From Candidatus Methylomirabilia bacterium (GTDB lineage Bacteria; Methylomirabilota; Methylomirabilia; Rokubacteriales; CSP1-6), in the NCBI GenBank assembly GCA_041496385.1, contig JBGQEL010000004.1, positions 1 through 64,000 of the forward strand: a stretch of DNA of 64,000 nt, written 5' to 3'. Position 1 is the first letter of the stretch. The number at the start of each line of letters is the position of its first letter. Under the pieces are notes generated by a model that saw nothing but the letters and a program-made list of their open reading frames with translations, did no database searches and was not told the DNA's origin. Made by a program: the position numbers and the translations under genes. Positions 17,984-28,568 of this stretch are shown here, in pieces.

Positions 17984-20900
17984 ACTCCACCGTCACCGCT
18001 CCCGGTCCCAGGAGCGTCTCCGCCTTCGTGACCAGCTCGGGGCTCGGATCCACGCCGACGCCCCGCGCCCGCACCACGACCTCCTGCGCGTCCACGACGA
18101 CGTGCAGGAAGAGCGGCACGCGGCCGGGGTGCTCGCCGCAGAGTCGCTTGAGCCGTGCCAGCACCTCCGCGGGGTCCGCGGCCCCGGCGAGCCGGATCCG
18201 GCACGCGTTCGCTTCGCCCACGCCGCCGCCGTAGCGCGGCCGGCCGTTGCCGTCGGCGAGCGCCTGCTCGAGCAGGCGGATGTCCTCGGCGAGGATGACG
18301 CGGCCCTTCTCCCCGTCGTCCACGCGCCCCCGGACCAGGAGCGCCTCGGGCGAGCGCAGGTACGGCGCCGCGGCCTTGTAGGGCTCGGGGAAGACCGTCA
18401 CGTCCACCGTGCCGTCCATGTCCTCGAGCGTGAAGAAGGCCATCCGGTTGCCGCTCTTGGTCGACGTCTCCTTGAGGCCGGTCGCCTGGCCGAAGAGCAG
18501 CACGCGCGCGCCGTGGCCCTTTGCGGTGAGGTCACCCGTCGTCGTGATCCCGAGCGTCTCCACGAGGCCGCGGAAGCGCGCGAGCGGGTGGCCCGAGACG
18601 TAGAAGCCGAGCACCTCCTTCTCGAACGCCAGGCGCTGGTCCTGGTCCCACTCGGGCACCAGCTCGATAGACGTGGCCGCCGGTCGCGGCCCGCCCGCGG
18701 GTAGCACGTCGAAGAACGAGGCCTGTCCCTCGGCGCGGTCACGCTGCTGGCGCTGGCCGCTCTCGAGCGCCGCGTCCGCGGTCGCGAGCAGGTGGGCGCG
18801 CGGCAGCCCGAGCGAGTCGAAGGCCCCCGCCTTGACGAGGGCCTCGACGACGCGACGATTGACCAGCCGCAGATCCACGCGCGTGCAGAAGTCCTCGAGC
18901 GAGGTGAACGGTCCCGCCACCGCGCGCGTCTTCAAGATCGACTCCATCGCCGCCTCGCCGACGTTCTTGATCGCGGCCAGCCCGAAGCGGATCGTGTCGC
19001 CGGCGACGCTGAACCGGGCCGCCGAGACGTTCACGTCCGGCGGCTCCACGCGAATCCCCATCGCGCGACACTCTTCGATGTACTTCACGATCCGGTCGGT
19101 GTCGCCCATCTCCGACGTGAGCAGCGCGGCCATGAACTCGACGGGATAGTTCGCCTTGAAGTACGCCGTCTGGTACGCGACGAGCGCGTAGGCGGCGGCG
19201 TGGCTCTTGTTGAACCCGTACCCCGCGAACTTCTCCATCAGCTCCCACACGCGCTCGGCCTTGGCCGTGGCGGTGCCGCGCTCTCGACTCCCCGCGACGA
19301 ACTTGTCGCGCTGCTTCGCCATAAGATCGCGGTCCTTCTTGCCCATGGCGCGGCGCAGCGTGTCCGCCTCGCCCATGGTGAAGCCCGCCATCTCCGAGGC
19401 GATCTGCATGATCTGTTCCTGGTAGACCATGATCCCGTACGTCTCGCGCGTGAACTTCTCCATCGCGGGGTGCTCGTACGCGATCCGTGAGCGGCCGTGC
19501 TTGCGCCCGATGAAATCGGGGATGAGCTCCATCGGCCCGGGCCGGTAGAGCGAGACCATCGCGATCACGTCCTCGAGCCGCTCGGGCTTGAGGCCGCGGA
19601 GCGCGTCGCGCATCCCCGAGGACTCCAGCTGGAACACGCCGAACGTCCTCGCCTCGCTCAGGAGCTGGTAGGTCTTCGCGTCGTCGAGGGGGAGCGTGTC
19701 GAGGTCGAGCGCCACGCCGCGCGACTCCTGGATGAGGGTCACGGTGTTGGCCAGGACGGTCAGCGTCCGGAGCCCGAGGAAATCCATCTTCAGCAGCCCG
19801 AGCTTCTCGATCGGCCCCATCGCGTAGCCGGTGATGAGCTCAGGGCGCTTCGGGTCCTTGTAGAGCGGGATGTGCGCGTCCAGCGGCTCGTCCGAGATGA
19901 CGACCGCCGAGGCGTGCACCGAGGCGTGCCGCGTGCAGCCCTCCAGCGTCCGCGCCACCTCCCAGAGCTCCTTCACGTGGGGCTGGCTCTTCACCTGTTC
20001 GGCGAGCGGGAGCGATTTCTGGTAGGCGTCGTCGAGCGTGATGTTGAGCGGGAAGTTGGGCACGAGCTTGGCGATCCGGTCCACGTCCGCGTAGGACATC
20101 CCGAGGACACGACCCACGTCGCGGATCGCCGCCTTCGCGCCGAGGGTCCCGAAGGTGATGATGTGGGCGACCCGCTCGCGCCCGTACTTGTCCGCGACGT
20201 AGCGGATGACCTCGTCGCGCCGGTCGTCGGCGAAATCGATGTCCATGTCCGGCATCGAAACCCGCTCGGCGTTCAGGAATCGCTCGAAGATCAACCCGTA
20301 CCGGATCGGGTCGATGTTGGTGATGCCGAGGCAGTACGCCGTGAGCGAGCCCGCCGACGAGCCGCGTCCCGGGCCGACCGCGATCCCCCGCTCCCGCGCG
20401 TAGCGGATGAAGTCCCAGACAACCAGGAAATAGCCGGCGAAGCCCATCTTCTCGATGACGGCGAGCTCGTCGGTCAGACGCGCCTCGAGCGCGTCCCCGG
20501 GGGTCGCCCCGTAGCGCCGGCGCAGCCCCTGGCGCGCGAGCTCCTGCAGGTAGCTCTCCAGCGTGTGTCCCTCGGGCACGACGTAGCGCGGCAGGTGAAA
20601 GACACCGAAGTCGAGCGTCAGGTTGCAGCGCTCGGCGACGGCGAGGGTGTTGCGGCACGCCTCCGGCACCTCCGCAAAGACCCGCGCCATCTCCTCCGCG
20701 GACTTCACGAAGAACTCCTGCGTCGAGAAGCGGAAGCGCGTCGGATCGCTGAGGTTGGTGCCCGTCTGGATGCAGAGGAGCGCCTCGTGGGCCTTCGCGT
20801 GCCCGGCCTCCAGGTAGTGCGAGTCGTTGGTCCCGGCGACGCGGGCGCCGATTGCCTGGGCGATCCGCAGCGTCTCGGCGGTGACCTTCACCTGCGCTTC

Positions 20901-21452
20901 GAGGCCGTGGGCCTGGATTTCCATGAAGTAGTTGTCGCGGCCGAAGACCTCCTGGTACCAGCCGGCCGTGTCGCGCGCCTTGCGCTCGTCGCCGGTCGAG
21001 AGGAGGCGCGAGACCTCCGAATTGAGGCAGCCCGACAGGACCAGCAGCCCGTCGGCGTGCTGGGCCAGCAGCTCCTTGTCCACGCGCGGCTTGTAGTAGA
21101 AGCCCTCGAGGTAGGCCTTCGAGACGAGCTTGATCAGGTTCTGGTAGCCGGTCCGGTTCCGCACGAGGACGGTCAGATGGTTCGCGCCCTCGTAGCCGCC
21201 GTCCTGCGAGCCGCGCTCACGACGGCCTCCCGGCGCCACGTAGAGCTCGCAGCCGAGGATCGGCTTCACGCCCGCTTTCTGGGCTGCCAGGTAGAAGTCG
21301 ATCGCGCCGAAGAGGTTGCCGTGGTCGGTGAGCGCGATCGCCGGGAAGTGCAGGTCCCTGGCCTTCTGGACGAGCTTCTCGAGCTGCGCGGCGCCGTCGA
21401 GAAGGCTGTACTCCGAGTGGACGTGCAGATGGACGAACTCGCTATGCTGCAT
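17967..21452 (-). CDS. dnaE: DNA polymerase III alpha subunit
   Basis: [16 protein letters not shown] domain, PDMDIDF, GFNKSH; no intein. Confidence 0.97.
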   Translation of the reverse strand: MQHSEFVHLHVHSEYSLLDGAAQLEKLVQKARDLHFPAIALTDHGNLFGAIDFYLAAQKAGVKPILGCELYVAPGGRRERGSQDGGYEGANHLTVLVRNRTGYQNLIKLVSKAYLEGFYYKPRVDKELLAQHADGLLVLSGCLNSEVSRLLSTGDERKARDTAGWYQEVFGRDNYFMEIQAHGLEAQVKVTAETLRIAQAIGARVAGTNDSHYLEAGHAKAHEALLCIQTGTNLSDPTRFRFSTQEFFVKSAEEMARVFAEVPEACRNTLAVAERCNLTLDFGVFHLPRYVVPEGHTLESYLQELARQGLRRRYGATPGDALEARLTDELAVIEKMGFAGYFLVVWDFIRYARERGIAVGPGRGSSAGSLTAYCLGITNIDPIRYGLIFERFLNAERVSMPDMDIDFADDRRDEVIRYVADKYGRERVAHIITFGTLGAKAAIRDVGRVLGMSYADVDRIAKLVPNFPLNITLDDAYQKSLPLAEQVKSQPHVKELWEVARTLEGCTRHASVHASAVVISDEPLDAHIPLYKDPKRPELITGYAMGPIEKLGLLKMDFLGLRTLTVLANTVTLIQESRGVALDLDTLPLDDAKTYQLLSEARTFGVFQLESSGMRDALRGLKPERLEDVIAMVSLYRPGPMELIPDFIGRKHGRSRIAYEHPAMEKFTRETYGIMVYQEQIMQIASEMAGFTMGEADTLRRAMGKKDRDLMAKQRDKFVAGSRERGTATAKAERVWELMEKFAGYGFNKSHAAAYALVAYQTAYFKANYPVEFMAALLTSEMGDTDRIVKYIEECRAMGIRVEPPDVNVSAARFSVAGDTIRFGLAAIKNVGEAAMESILKTRAVAGPFTSLEDFCTRVDLRLVNRRVVEALVKAGAFDSLGLPRAHLLATADAALESGQRQQRDRAEGQASFFDVLPAGGPRPAATSIELVPEWDQDQRLAFEKEVLGFYVSGHPLARFRGLVETLGITTTGDLTAKGHGARVLLFGQATGLKETSTKSGNRMAFFTLEDMDGTVDVTVFPEPYKAAAPYLRSPEALLVRGRVDDGEKGRVILAEDIRLLEQALADGNGRPRYGGGVGEANACRIRLAGAADPAEVLARLKRLCGEHPGRVPLFLHVVVDAQEVVVRARGVGVDPSPELVTKAETLLGPGAVTVEYAGRA

Positions 21453-21469
21453 GTACCGTCGACCTCTTC

Positions 21470-21583
21470 TCCGGGCCGTTGAAGCGTCGGCTCGGCCGTC
21501 GAACGGCCTCGCCTCCTACTCCCCCTATTTCCGGGCCGTTGAAGCGTCGGCTCGGCCGTCGAACGGCCTCGCCTCCTACTCCC
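21470..21583. repeat. 54-bp direct repeat, two copies (21470-21523 and 21530-21583), 60-bp period
   Basis: TCCGGGCCGTTGAAGCGTCGGCTCGGCCGTCGAACGGCCTCGCCTCCTACTCCC occurs twice; the second copy includes the guaA stop. Confidence 0.9.
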
Positions 21584-23126
21584 ATTCGATCGTGGACGGG
21601 GGCTTCGAGGAGATGTCGAAGACCACCCGATTCACGCCCTTCACCTCGTTGATGATGCGGCTGGAGATCCGGCCGAGCAGGTCGTACGGCAGGCGCGCCC
21701 AGTCGGCCGTCATCGCGTCCTGGCTCATGACGGCGCGGAGCGCGATGACGTGCGCGTAGGTCCGAAAATCGCCCATCACGCCGACCGTCCGGATCGGCAG
21801 CAGGACGGCGAACGCCTGCCACACCTCCCGCTCGAGGCCGGCGGCCCGGACCTCGTCCTGGACGATCGCGTCGGCGTCGCGAAGGATCTCGAGCCGGTCG
21901 GTCGTCACCTCTCCGAGCACTCGGATCGCGAGCCCGGGGCCCGGGAACGGCTGGCGCCAGACGATCTCGGCCGGCAGGCCGAGCAGTTCGCCGAGCTGGC
22001 GGACCTCGTCCTTGAACAGCTCGCGCAGCGGCTCGATCAGCCCGAACTGCATGCGGGGCGGGAGCCCGCCGACATTGTGGTGGGTCTTGATCGTCGCCGA
22101 CGGCCCGCGGAACGAGACGGACTCGATCACGTCCGGGTAGAGCGTGCCCTGCGCCAGGAACGGGATATCGCCGAGCTTCCTGGCCTCGTCCTCGAACACC
22201 GCGATGAACTCGGCGCCGATGCGCTTGCGCTTGATCTCCGGGTCCGTCACACCACGAATAACATCGAGAAACCGATGCGTTGCGTCGACATGAATCAGAT
22301 TAATCTTGAAGGTGTCCCGAAAGGTGTGAACGACCGCCTGAGCCTCCCCCTTCCGGAGAAGGCCGTTGTCCACGAACACGCAGGTGAGCTGGTCCCCGAT
22401 GGCCCGGTGCACCAGCACGGCCACGACCGACGAGTCCACGCCTCCCGAGAGGGCGCACAGCACCCGCTGGTTGCCGACCCGGGCGCGGATCGCGTCCACC
22501 GTCGTGTCGATGAAGCCCCCCATCGACCAGGTGCGGCTCACCCCGCAGATCTCGAGGAAGTTGTCGAAGATCCGTTTCCCCTGCGGCGTGTGGACGACCT
22601 CGGGATGGAACTGCACGGCGTAGAGCCTGCGCTGCTCGTCGGCCATCGCGGCGACCGGACAGTTCGACGTAGCGCCGAGCGCGCTGAACCCTTTCGGTGG
22701 ACGCAGGACGGTATCGCCGTGGCTCATCCAGACGCCCATGCAGCCGCGCGCGTCCGGCTCCAGGCCCCGAAACAGGGGGCTCGCGCCCTTCAACTCGACC
22801 TCGGCCTTGCCGTATTCGCGGCGCTCCGCCGGGACGACGTGGCCACCGAGCAGGTAGCCCATCGCCTGCATGCCGTAGCAAATGCCGAGGACCGGCACGC
22901 CGGCCTCGAAGAGCGCCTTCGAGGGCAACGGGGCTCCATCCTCGTAGACACTCGAGGGACCGCCGGAGAGGATGATGCCCTTGAACCCCTGGGCCAGGAT
23001 CGGCTCGATCGGCTGCGTGCAGGAGAAGATCTCGGAATAAACGGCCATCTCGCGGACCCGGCGGGCGATGAGCTGCGTGTACTGCCCGCCGAAGTCCAGG
23101 ACCGCGATCTTGTCGGTCGCGATCAT
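21576..23126 (-). CDS. guaA: GMP synthase (glutamine-hydrolysing)
   Basis: LDFGGQY, GICYG, QFHPE, SGGVDS, IKTHHN and KPPSTIEWE motifs. Confidence 0.97.
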   Translation of the reverse strand: MIATDKIAVLDFGGQYTQLIARRVREMAVYSEIFSCTQPIEPILAQGFKGIILSGGPSSVYEDGAPLPSKALFEAGVPVLGICYGMQAMGYLLGGHVVPAERREYGKAEVELKGASPLFRGLEPDARGCMGVWMSHGDTVLRPPKGFSALGATSNCPVAAMADEQRRLYAVQFHPEVVHTPQGKRIFDNFLEICGVSRTWSMGGFIDTTVDAIRARVGNQRVLCALSGGVDSSVVAVLVHRAIGDQLTCVFVDNGLLRKGEAQAVVHTFRDTFKINLIHVDATHRFLDVIRGVTDPEIKRKRIGAEFIAVFEDEARKLGDIPFLAQGTLYPDVIESVSFRGPSATIKTHHNVGGLPPRMQFGLIEPLRELFKDEVRQLGELLGLPAEIVWRQPFPGPGLAIRVLGEVTTDRLEILRDADAIVQDEVRAAGLEREVWQAFAVLLPIRTVGVMGDFRTYAHVIALRAVMSQDAMTADWARLPYDLLGRISSRIINEVKGVNRVVFDISSKPPSTIEWE

Positions 23127-23142
23127 GCCGCGCGCCGGCGCG

Positions 23143-24303
23143 CTACCGAGGCCGCCCCAGCTTCTGCGCCTGCTGGAAGACCTTCCCTTCGGTCTTGATG
23201 GTAGGAGCGATGATCAGCTCCGTCATCTGGAGCTCGCGGATGTTCCGCGCGCCCACCGAGCCCATGCAGGTCCGGATCGCGCCCACGAGATTCAGGGTGC
23301 CGTCTTCGGTGAACGCCGGTCCGAACAGGATCTGCTGGAGGGTCCCCGCGATCCCGACGCGGATCCGCGTACCGCGAGGCAGGTTCGCGTGCGGAGTCGC
23401 CATCCCCCAGTGGTAGCCGCGGCCGGGCGCCTCGATCGCGCGGGCGAACGCCGAGCCGATCATGACCGCGTCGGCGCCCGACGCCAGCGCCTTGCAGACG
23501 TCGCCACCGGTCGTCATCCCCCCGTCGGTGATGATCGGAACGTAGCGCCCGGTCTGCTTGTAGTAGAAGTCGCGCGCGGCCGCCCCGTCGGCCGTCGCCG
23601 TCACCTGCGGCACGCCGACCCCCAGGACCTCCCGGCTCGTGCACGCCGCGCCCGGCCCGACGCCGATCAGCAGCGCGTCGGCGCCGACCTCCATCAGCTC
23701 CACGCACGCCTCGTAGGTGACGACGTTGCCGATGACGAGCGGGATCGCGAGCTGCTTCTTGAGCTTCCGGAGATCCACCGGCGTGTACTCGGTCGCGATG
23801 TGGCGGGCGGTCGTCACCGTCGACTGCACGACGAAGATATCGGCCCCCGCCTCCTGCGCGATCTGGGCGAAGCGCTCCGCGCGCTGCGGGATGGACGACA
23901 CGACCGCCCGGCCCCCGCCCTTCTTGATCTCGCGGATGCGCTGGTGGATCAGCTCTTCCTTGATCGGCTCGCCATAGATCGACTGGATGATCTTGGTGGC
24001 CTCTTCCTGGCTCGCCGACACGATGCGATCGAGGAACTCGTCGGGGTTCGCGTAGCGGGAAAAGATGCCCTCGAGGTTGAGGACCGCGAGGCCGCCATGC
24101 TGCCCCATCTCGATCGCGAGCTTCGGGCCGACGACGCCGTCCATCGCCGCGGCGATGATCGGCAGCTCGTAGCGGTGGCCGCACAGCTCCCAGGAGATGT
24201 CGACCTCGGCCGGATTCATGGTCACGGTGCCCGGAACGAGCGCGATGTCATCGAAGCCGTACGCGACTCTCGCCTTTCGCCCTCGCCCCACCCACATGCC
24301 CAT
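23143..24303 (-). CDS. guaB3: GuaB3-family IMP dehydrogenase (CBS-less)
   Basis: [41 protein letters not shown]. Confidence 0.88.
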   Translation of the reverse strand: MGMWVGRGRKARVAYGFDDIALVPGTVTMNPAEVDISWELCGHRYELPIIAAAMDGVVGPKLAIEMGQHGGLAVLNLEGIFSRYANPDEFLDRIVSASQEEATKIIQSIYGEPIKEELIHQRIREIKKGGGRAVVSSIPQRAERFAQIAQEAGADIFVVQSTVTTARHIATEYTPVDLRKLKKQLAIPLVIGNVVTYEACVELMEVGADALLIGVGPGAACTSREVLGVGVPQVTATADGAAARDFYYKQTGRYVPIITDGGMTTGGDVCKALASGADAVMIGSAFARAIEAPGRGYHWGMATPHANLPRGTRIRVGIAGTLQQILFGPAFTEDGTLNLVGAIRTCMGSVGARNIRELQMTELIIAPTIKTEGKVFQQAQKLGRPR

Positions 24304-24392
24304 CGGCTACCCTCCCGTCGGTCCGCCGGTGCGCTGCCCCGATATCCCGTATATAGGGATCGCCCATCGCGCCTCACACTATATTTCGTACC

Positions 24393-24421
24393 ACTATACC
24401 CAGGGGCCTACCGCCTGTCAA
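24393..24421 (-). promoter_or_regulatory. sigma70 promoter for guaB3-guaA-dnaE-accA
   Basis: TTGACA-N17-TATAGT. Confidence 0.75.
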
Positions 24422-25200
24422 CGACCGGCGCCGCCCGAGTGGGCTTCGTCCCAGAGGATCCGCAGGCCCTCGAGCCGCAGGTGCTCGTCCACCAGATCGA
24501 TGGACCGCGCGACGTCCGACAGCAGACCGGCGTTCCCGCCGGTCGCGATCACCCGCGCCGCAACGCCCATCTCCGAGCGCATGCGCTCGACCAGGCCGTC
24601 GACGAGGCCGGCGTAGCCGTAGATCGCGCCCGACTGGAGGTTGGTCACCGTGTTGCGTCCGATCGCCTCCTTGGGGCGGACCAGCTCGACACGGGAGAGA
24701 CGCGCGGCGCGGGCGACGAGCGCGTCCACCGACGTCGCAAGCCCCGGCGCGATCGCGCCGCCGATGAATTCGCCGCGCGCGTTCACGCAGTTGAACGTCG
24801 TCGCGGTGCCGAAGTCGATGACGATCACGGGGGGGCCGTAGCGCGCCGTCGCCGCGAAGGCGTCGACGTAGCGATCGGCGCCCACCTCGCGCGGCGCGTC
24901 GACCACGAGCGGCAGTCGCGTGTTGACCCCGGGCTCCACGACGTACGGCGCGCGGCCGAAATACTCCTCGCACATCCACTCGAGCGTCTGCTGGACCGGG
25001 GGCACGACGTTCGAGATCGAGATGCCCTCGACGTCGGACGGCTGGATGCCGCGCGTCCGGAGGAGGGTCTCGAAGAAGATGCCGTACTCGTCGGCGGTCT
25101 GCTCGCGGCGGCTCGTCAGCCGCCAGGACACCAGCAGGCGTGCGCCGTCGAAGACCCCGATCTTGGTGTTGGTATTGCCGACGTCAGCGACGAGCAGCAT
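24418..25200 (-). CDS. coaX: Type III pantothenate kinase
   Basis: DVGNTN, VGADR, IDFGTATT, GGAIAPG and ATGG motifs. Confidence 0.94.
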   Translation of the reverse strand: MLLVADVGNTNTKIGVFDGARLLVSWRLTSRREQTADEYGIFFETLLRTRGIQPSDVEGISISNVVPPVQQTLEWMCEEYFGRAPYVVEPGVNTRLPLVVDAPREVGADRYVDAFAATARYGPPVIVIDFGTATTFNCVNARGEFIGGAIAPGLATSVDALVARAARLSRVELVRPKEAIGRNTVTNLQSGAIYGYAGLVDGLVERMRSEMGVAARVIATGGNAGLLSDVARSIDLVDEHLRLEGLRILWDEAHSGGAGR

Positions 25201-25951
25201 GCGTCCCCCTTTCCCCCGGCGTCGCGATCTCGAGCTCACCGGCCACGACGCGCCGGACGGCGCCCGCGTCCTCCAGCAGCAGCGCCCCGTCGGCGTCCAG
25301 GCCGACGGCGAGGCCCGAGAGGCCGTCGACGGTCACGCGGCGTCCGATCGTGTCGGCGAGCGCGAGCCAGCGCGCGCGCACGGGTTCGGCGCCGTCGCCC
25401 TCGAGCCGCGCGCGCCAGGCGTCGAACTCCTCCAGGAGCGTGGCCAGGACCTCGTCGCGGTCCGGCGCCGCCCCCGTCTCCCGGGCGATGGACGTGGCGT
25501 GGCCGTCGAACGCGGGCGCAAATTCGCGCTGGGCGAGGTTGATCCCGACGCCCACCACGAGCACCGGATCGGCGGGCCCGCCCCTGCCCTCGAGGAGGAT
25601 TCCGGCGAGCTTTCGCCCGCCCGCGAGCACGTCGTTGGGCCACTTGAGCCGCGCCTCGACGCCCGTGCTCCGGCGCACCGCCTCGGCGACGGCGACCGCG
25701 GCCAGGAGCGAGAAGAGCGGCCAGCGTGCGGGCGGCGCGCCCGGCCGGACGAGGATGGACGCCAGCAGGCTCGTGCCCGGCGCGTCGTCCCACGTGCGCC
25801 CGCGCCGTCCACGCCCCGCCGACTGGTGGTCCGCGACGACCACCGTGCGGTCCGCGGCGCCGGCCGCGGCGAGCTCGAAGGCGACGGCCTGGGTCGACTC
25901 GACCGTCGGGAACCGGACGATCGGCGCCGCGGGTCTACCGGCCGGCGTCAT
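25184..25951 (-). CDS. birA: Biotin-protein ligase (no N-terminal HTH)
   Basis: STQ, QSAGRGRRGRTW, KWPND, KLAGIL and GVGIN motifs. Confidence 0.92.
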   Translation of the reverse strand: MTPAGRPAAPIVRFPTVESTQAVAFELAAAGAADRTVVVADHQSAGRGRRGRTWDDAPGTSLLASILVRPGAPPARWPLFSLLAAVAVAEAVRRSTGVEARLKWPNDVLAGGRKLAGILLEGRGGPADPVLVVGVGINLAQREFAPAFDGHATSIARETGAAPDRDEVLATLLEEFDAWRARLEGDGAEPVRARWLALADTIGRRVTVDGLSGLAVGLDADGALLLEDAGAVRRVVAGELEIATPGERGTHAARR

Positions 25952-28562
25952 CGACCCAGCCGAGGCTCGCGACGAGCTTGGCGCGCAGCGCTTCCTGCTC
26001 GATGAGCCGCTCCCGCTCGCGGGCGACGATCTCGGCGGGCGCCCGCTGGGCGAACTCGGGCCGCGCCAGCTTGCCCTTGAGGAACAGGACGCTCCCGGTG
26101 GCGCGCGTGATCTCCTTCTCGAGCCGCTGGCGCTCCGCGGCCAGATCCACGACGCCCGCCAGGTCCACGTAGAGCTCGGCGCCACCGATGACGGCCATCG
26201 CCGAGTTCCGTGGCCGCGTCGCGCGCGGATCGACGGTCAGCCGGACGCGCGCCAGCGCGTCGACGAGCGCCGTGTTCGCGGCGAAGAGCTCGCCCGCGTC
26301 CCGTCCCAGGCGGAGCGTCGCCGCGAGCGTGACGCCGGGCGCGATCCGCATCTCGCCGCGGATGTTCCGCACGGCGGTGACGAGGTCCATGATCGCGGTC
26401 ATCTGTCGCTCGGCGTCAGGGTTGCGCTGCTTCCGCGACACCCGCGGGTACGGCGCGATCATGATCGACTCGCCCGCGTGTGGCAGCCGCTGCCAGATCT
26501 CCTCGGTGATGAACGGCATGAACGGGTGCAGGAGCCGGAGCGTCGTCTCGAGCACCCGGACGAGGGTCGCCTGGGTGCGCGCGCGCTGGCCCGGGCTCTC
26601 GGCGCGGTAGAGCGACAGCTTGGCGATCTCCAGGTACCAGTCGCAGAACTCGTGCCAGAGGAACTGGTACACGGACGAGGCCGCGTCACTGAACCGATAC
26701 CGCCGGAGCGCCGTGCGGACGGCCGCGATGGTCGCCGCCAGCCGGCTCTCGATCCACGCGTCGGCGAGCGCCGGCGGCGTCTTCTTGGCCAGCGCCGCGT
26801 CGAAGCCGTCCAGGTTCGAGAGCACGAGGCGCGCGGCGTTCCAGATCTTGTTGGCGAAGTTCCGGTAGCCCTCGATGCGGTCCTCGGAGATCCGGATGTC
26901 GCGGCCCTGCGCCAGCGCCGCGAGCGTGAACCGGAAGGCGTCGGTGCCGTACTTCGCCATGACCTCCAGCGGGTCGGCGACGTTGCCCTTCGACTTCGAC
27001 ATCTTCTGGCCTTCGGCGTCGCGCACGATCGCGTGGAGGTACACGTCGCGGAACGGCACCTCCTGCATGAAGTGGATGCCGAGCATCGCCATCCGGGCGA
27101 CCCAGAAAAACAGGATGTCGGGTCCCGTCACGAGGACGGAGGTCGGATAGTACGTCTTCGACTCGGGCGTGGAGTCCGGCCATCCGAGCGTGGAAAAGGG
27201 CCAGAGTCCCGAGGAGAACCAGGTGTCGAGCGTGTCGGGGTCCTGTCGGAGTGGCCCGCCGCACTGGGGGCACGCCCGGAGGTCTTCGCGCGCCACGTGC
27301 ACCGAGCCGTCGGCGTCGCAGTGCCACGCCGGAATCCGGTGACCCCACCAGAGCTGGCGCGAGATGCACCAGGGCCGGATGTTCTCCATCCAGTGGTAGT
27401 AGGTCTTCACCCAGGTGCGCGGGAAGATCTTGATCCGTCCCTCGCGCACGGCCTTGATCGCCGCCTCGGCCAGCGGCTTCACCTGCACGTACCACTGCTT
27501 GGAGACGAGCGGCTCGACCACCGTCTTGCAGCGGTAGCAGATGCCGACCGCGTGCCGGTAGGGCTCGATCCGCTCGATCAGGCCGAGAGCCTTCAGGTCC
27601 TCGACGATCCGCTTGCGACACTCGAAGCGGTCCAGGCCGGCGTAGCGTCCGGCGGCGGCGGTCATCCGGCCGTCGAACCCGATGACGGTCTTGACGGGGA
27701 GGTTGTGGCGCCGGCCGATCTCGAAGTCCACCGGATCGTGCCCCGGCGTCACCTTGATCACACCGGTGCCGAACTTCGGATCGACGGCGTCGTCGGCGAC
27801 CACCTTCACGGAGATCATGCCGTCCACCGAGGGAACCTCGAGCGTCTTTCCCACGAGATGCTTGTAGCGCTTGTCCTTGGGGTGCACGGCCAGGCCCGTA
27901 TCGCCCAGCTTCGTCTCCGGTCGCACCGTCCCGAGGGTGACCGGACCATACTTGATGTAGACGAACTCGGCGTCGCGCTCCTCGCGCTCGACCTCGAGGT
28001 CCGAGAGGACCGTCTGGCAGCGCGGGCACCAGTTGACGATGTAGTCGCCGCGGTAGATCAGGCCGTCTTCCCAGAGGCGGACGAACGACTCCCGGACCGC
28101 GCGTGACAGCCCAGGGTCCATCGTGAAGCGCTCGCGCGACCAGTCGCAGGACGCGCCGAGGCGCTTGAGCTGGCGGATGATCGTGCCCCCGGACTCCTCC
28201 TTCCACTGCCAGGCGCGCGCCAGGAACGCGTCGCGACCGAGATCTTCCTTGGTCTTGCCCTCCGCCGCGAGCTGGCGCTCGAGGATCACGTGGACGGCGA
28301 TCGACGCGTGGTCGGTCCCGGGGAGCCAGAGCGTGTTGAAGCCGTCCATCCGCTTCATCCGCGTCAGCGTGTCCTGCAGCGTCATGGTCAGCGCATGACC
28401 CCAGTGGAGCGACCCGGTGACGTTGGGCGGTGGCATCGCGATCGCGAACGGCTTGCTCCTGGTCGCCGGATCGGCGCGGAAGTAGCCTCGCTCCTCCCAG
28501 CGCGGATACCAGCGTTGCTCGACGTCGGCCGGCTCGTAGCGGTCGGAGATGGGTTCGGCCAT
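25935..28562 (-). CDS. valS: Valine--tRNA ligase
   Basis: PPPNVTGSLHWGH, WCISRQLWWGH, DTWFSS, KMSKS, C-terminal coiled coil. Confidence 0.97.
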   Translation of the reverse strand: MAEPISDRYEPADVEQRWYPRWEERGYFRADPATRSKPFAIAMPPPNVTGSLHWGHALTMTLQDTLTRMKRMDGFNTLWLPGTDHASIAVHVILERQLAAEGKTKEDLGRDAFLARAWQWKEESGGTIIRQLKRLGASCDWSRERFTMDPGLSRAVRESFVRLWEDGLIYRGDYIVNWCPRCQTVLSDLEVEREERDAEFVYIKYGPVTLGTVRPETKLGDTGLAVHPKDKRYKHLVGKTLEVPSVDGMISVKVVADDAVDPKFGTGVIKVTPGHDPVDFEIGRRHNLPVKTVIGFDGRMTAAAGRYAGLDRFECRKRIVEDLKALGLIERIEPYRHAVGICYRCKTVVEPLVSKQWYVQVKPLAEAAIKAVREGRIKIFPRTWVKTYYHWMENIRPWCISRQLWWGHRIPAWHCDADGSVHVAREDLRACPQCGGPLRQDPDTLDTWFSSGLWPFSTLGWPDSTPESKTYYPTSVLVTGPDILFFWVARMAMLGIHFMQEVPFRDVYLHAIVRDAEGQKMSKSKGNVADPLEVMAKYGTDAFRFTLAALAQGRDIRISEDRIEGYRNFANKIWNAARLVLSNLDGFDAALAKKTPPALADAWIESRLAATIAAVRTALRRYRFSDAASSVYQFLWHEFCDWYLEIAKLSLYRAESPGQRARTQATLVRVLETTLRLLHPFMPFITEEIWQRLPHAGESIMIAPYPRVSRKQRNPDAERQMTAIMDLVTAVRNIRGEMRIAPGVTLAATLRLGRDAGELFAANTALVDALARVRLTVDPRATRPRNSAMAVIGGAELYVDLAGVVDLAAERQRLEKEITRATGSVLFLKGKLARPEFAQRAPAEIVARERERLIEQEALRAKLVASLGWVDDAGR

Positions 28563-28568
28563 GGGCTC

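Noticed and set aside
21470..21583. Direct repeats as a CRISPR array
   Set aside because: Only two 54-bp copies with a 6-bp spacer, and no cas genes.
22250..22320. AT-richer patch with AGATTAATCT palindrome inside guaA
   Set aside because: Encodes ordinary GuaA sequence; no independent support for a site.
24304..24392. Purine riboswitch or sigma54 site in the guaB3 leader
   Set aside because: No purine-aptamer consensus; TGGTACGAAATATAG lacks the -12 GC.
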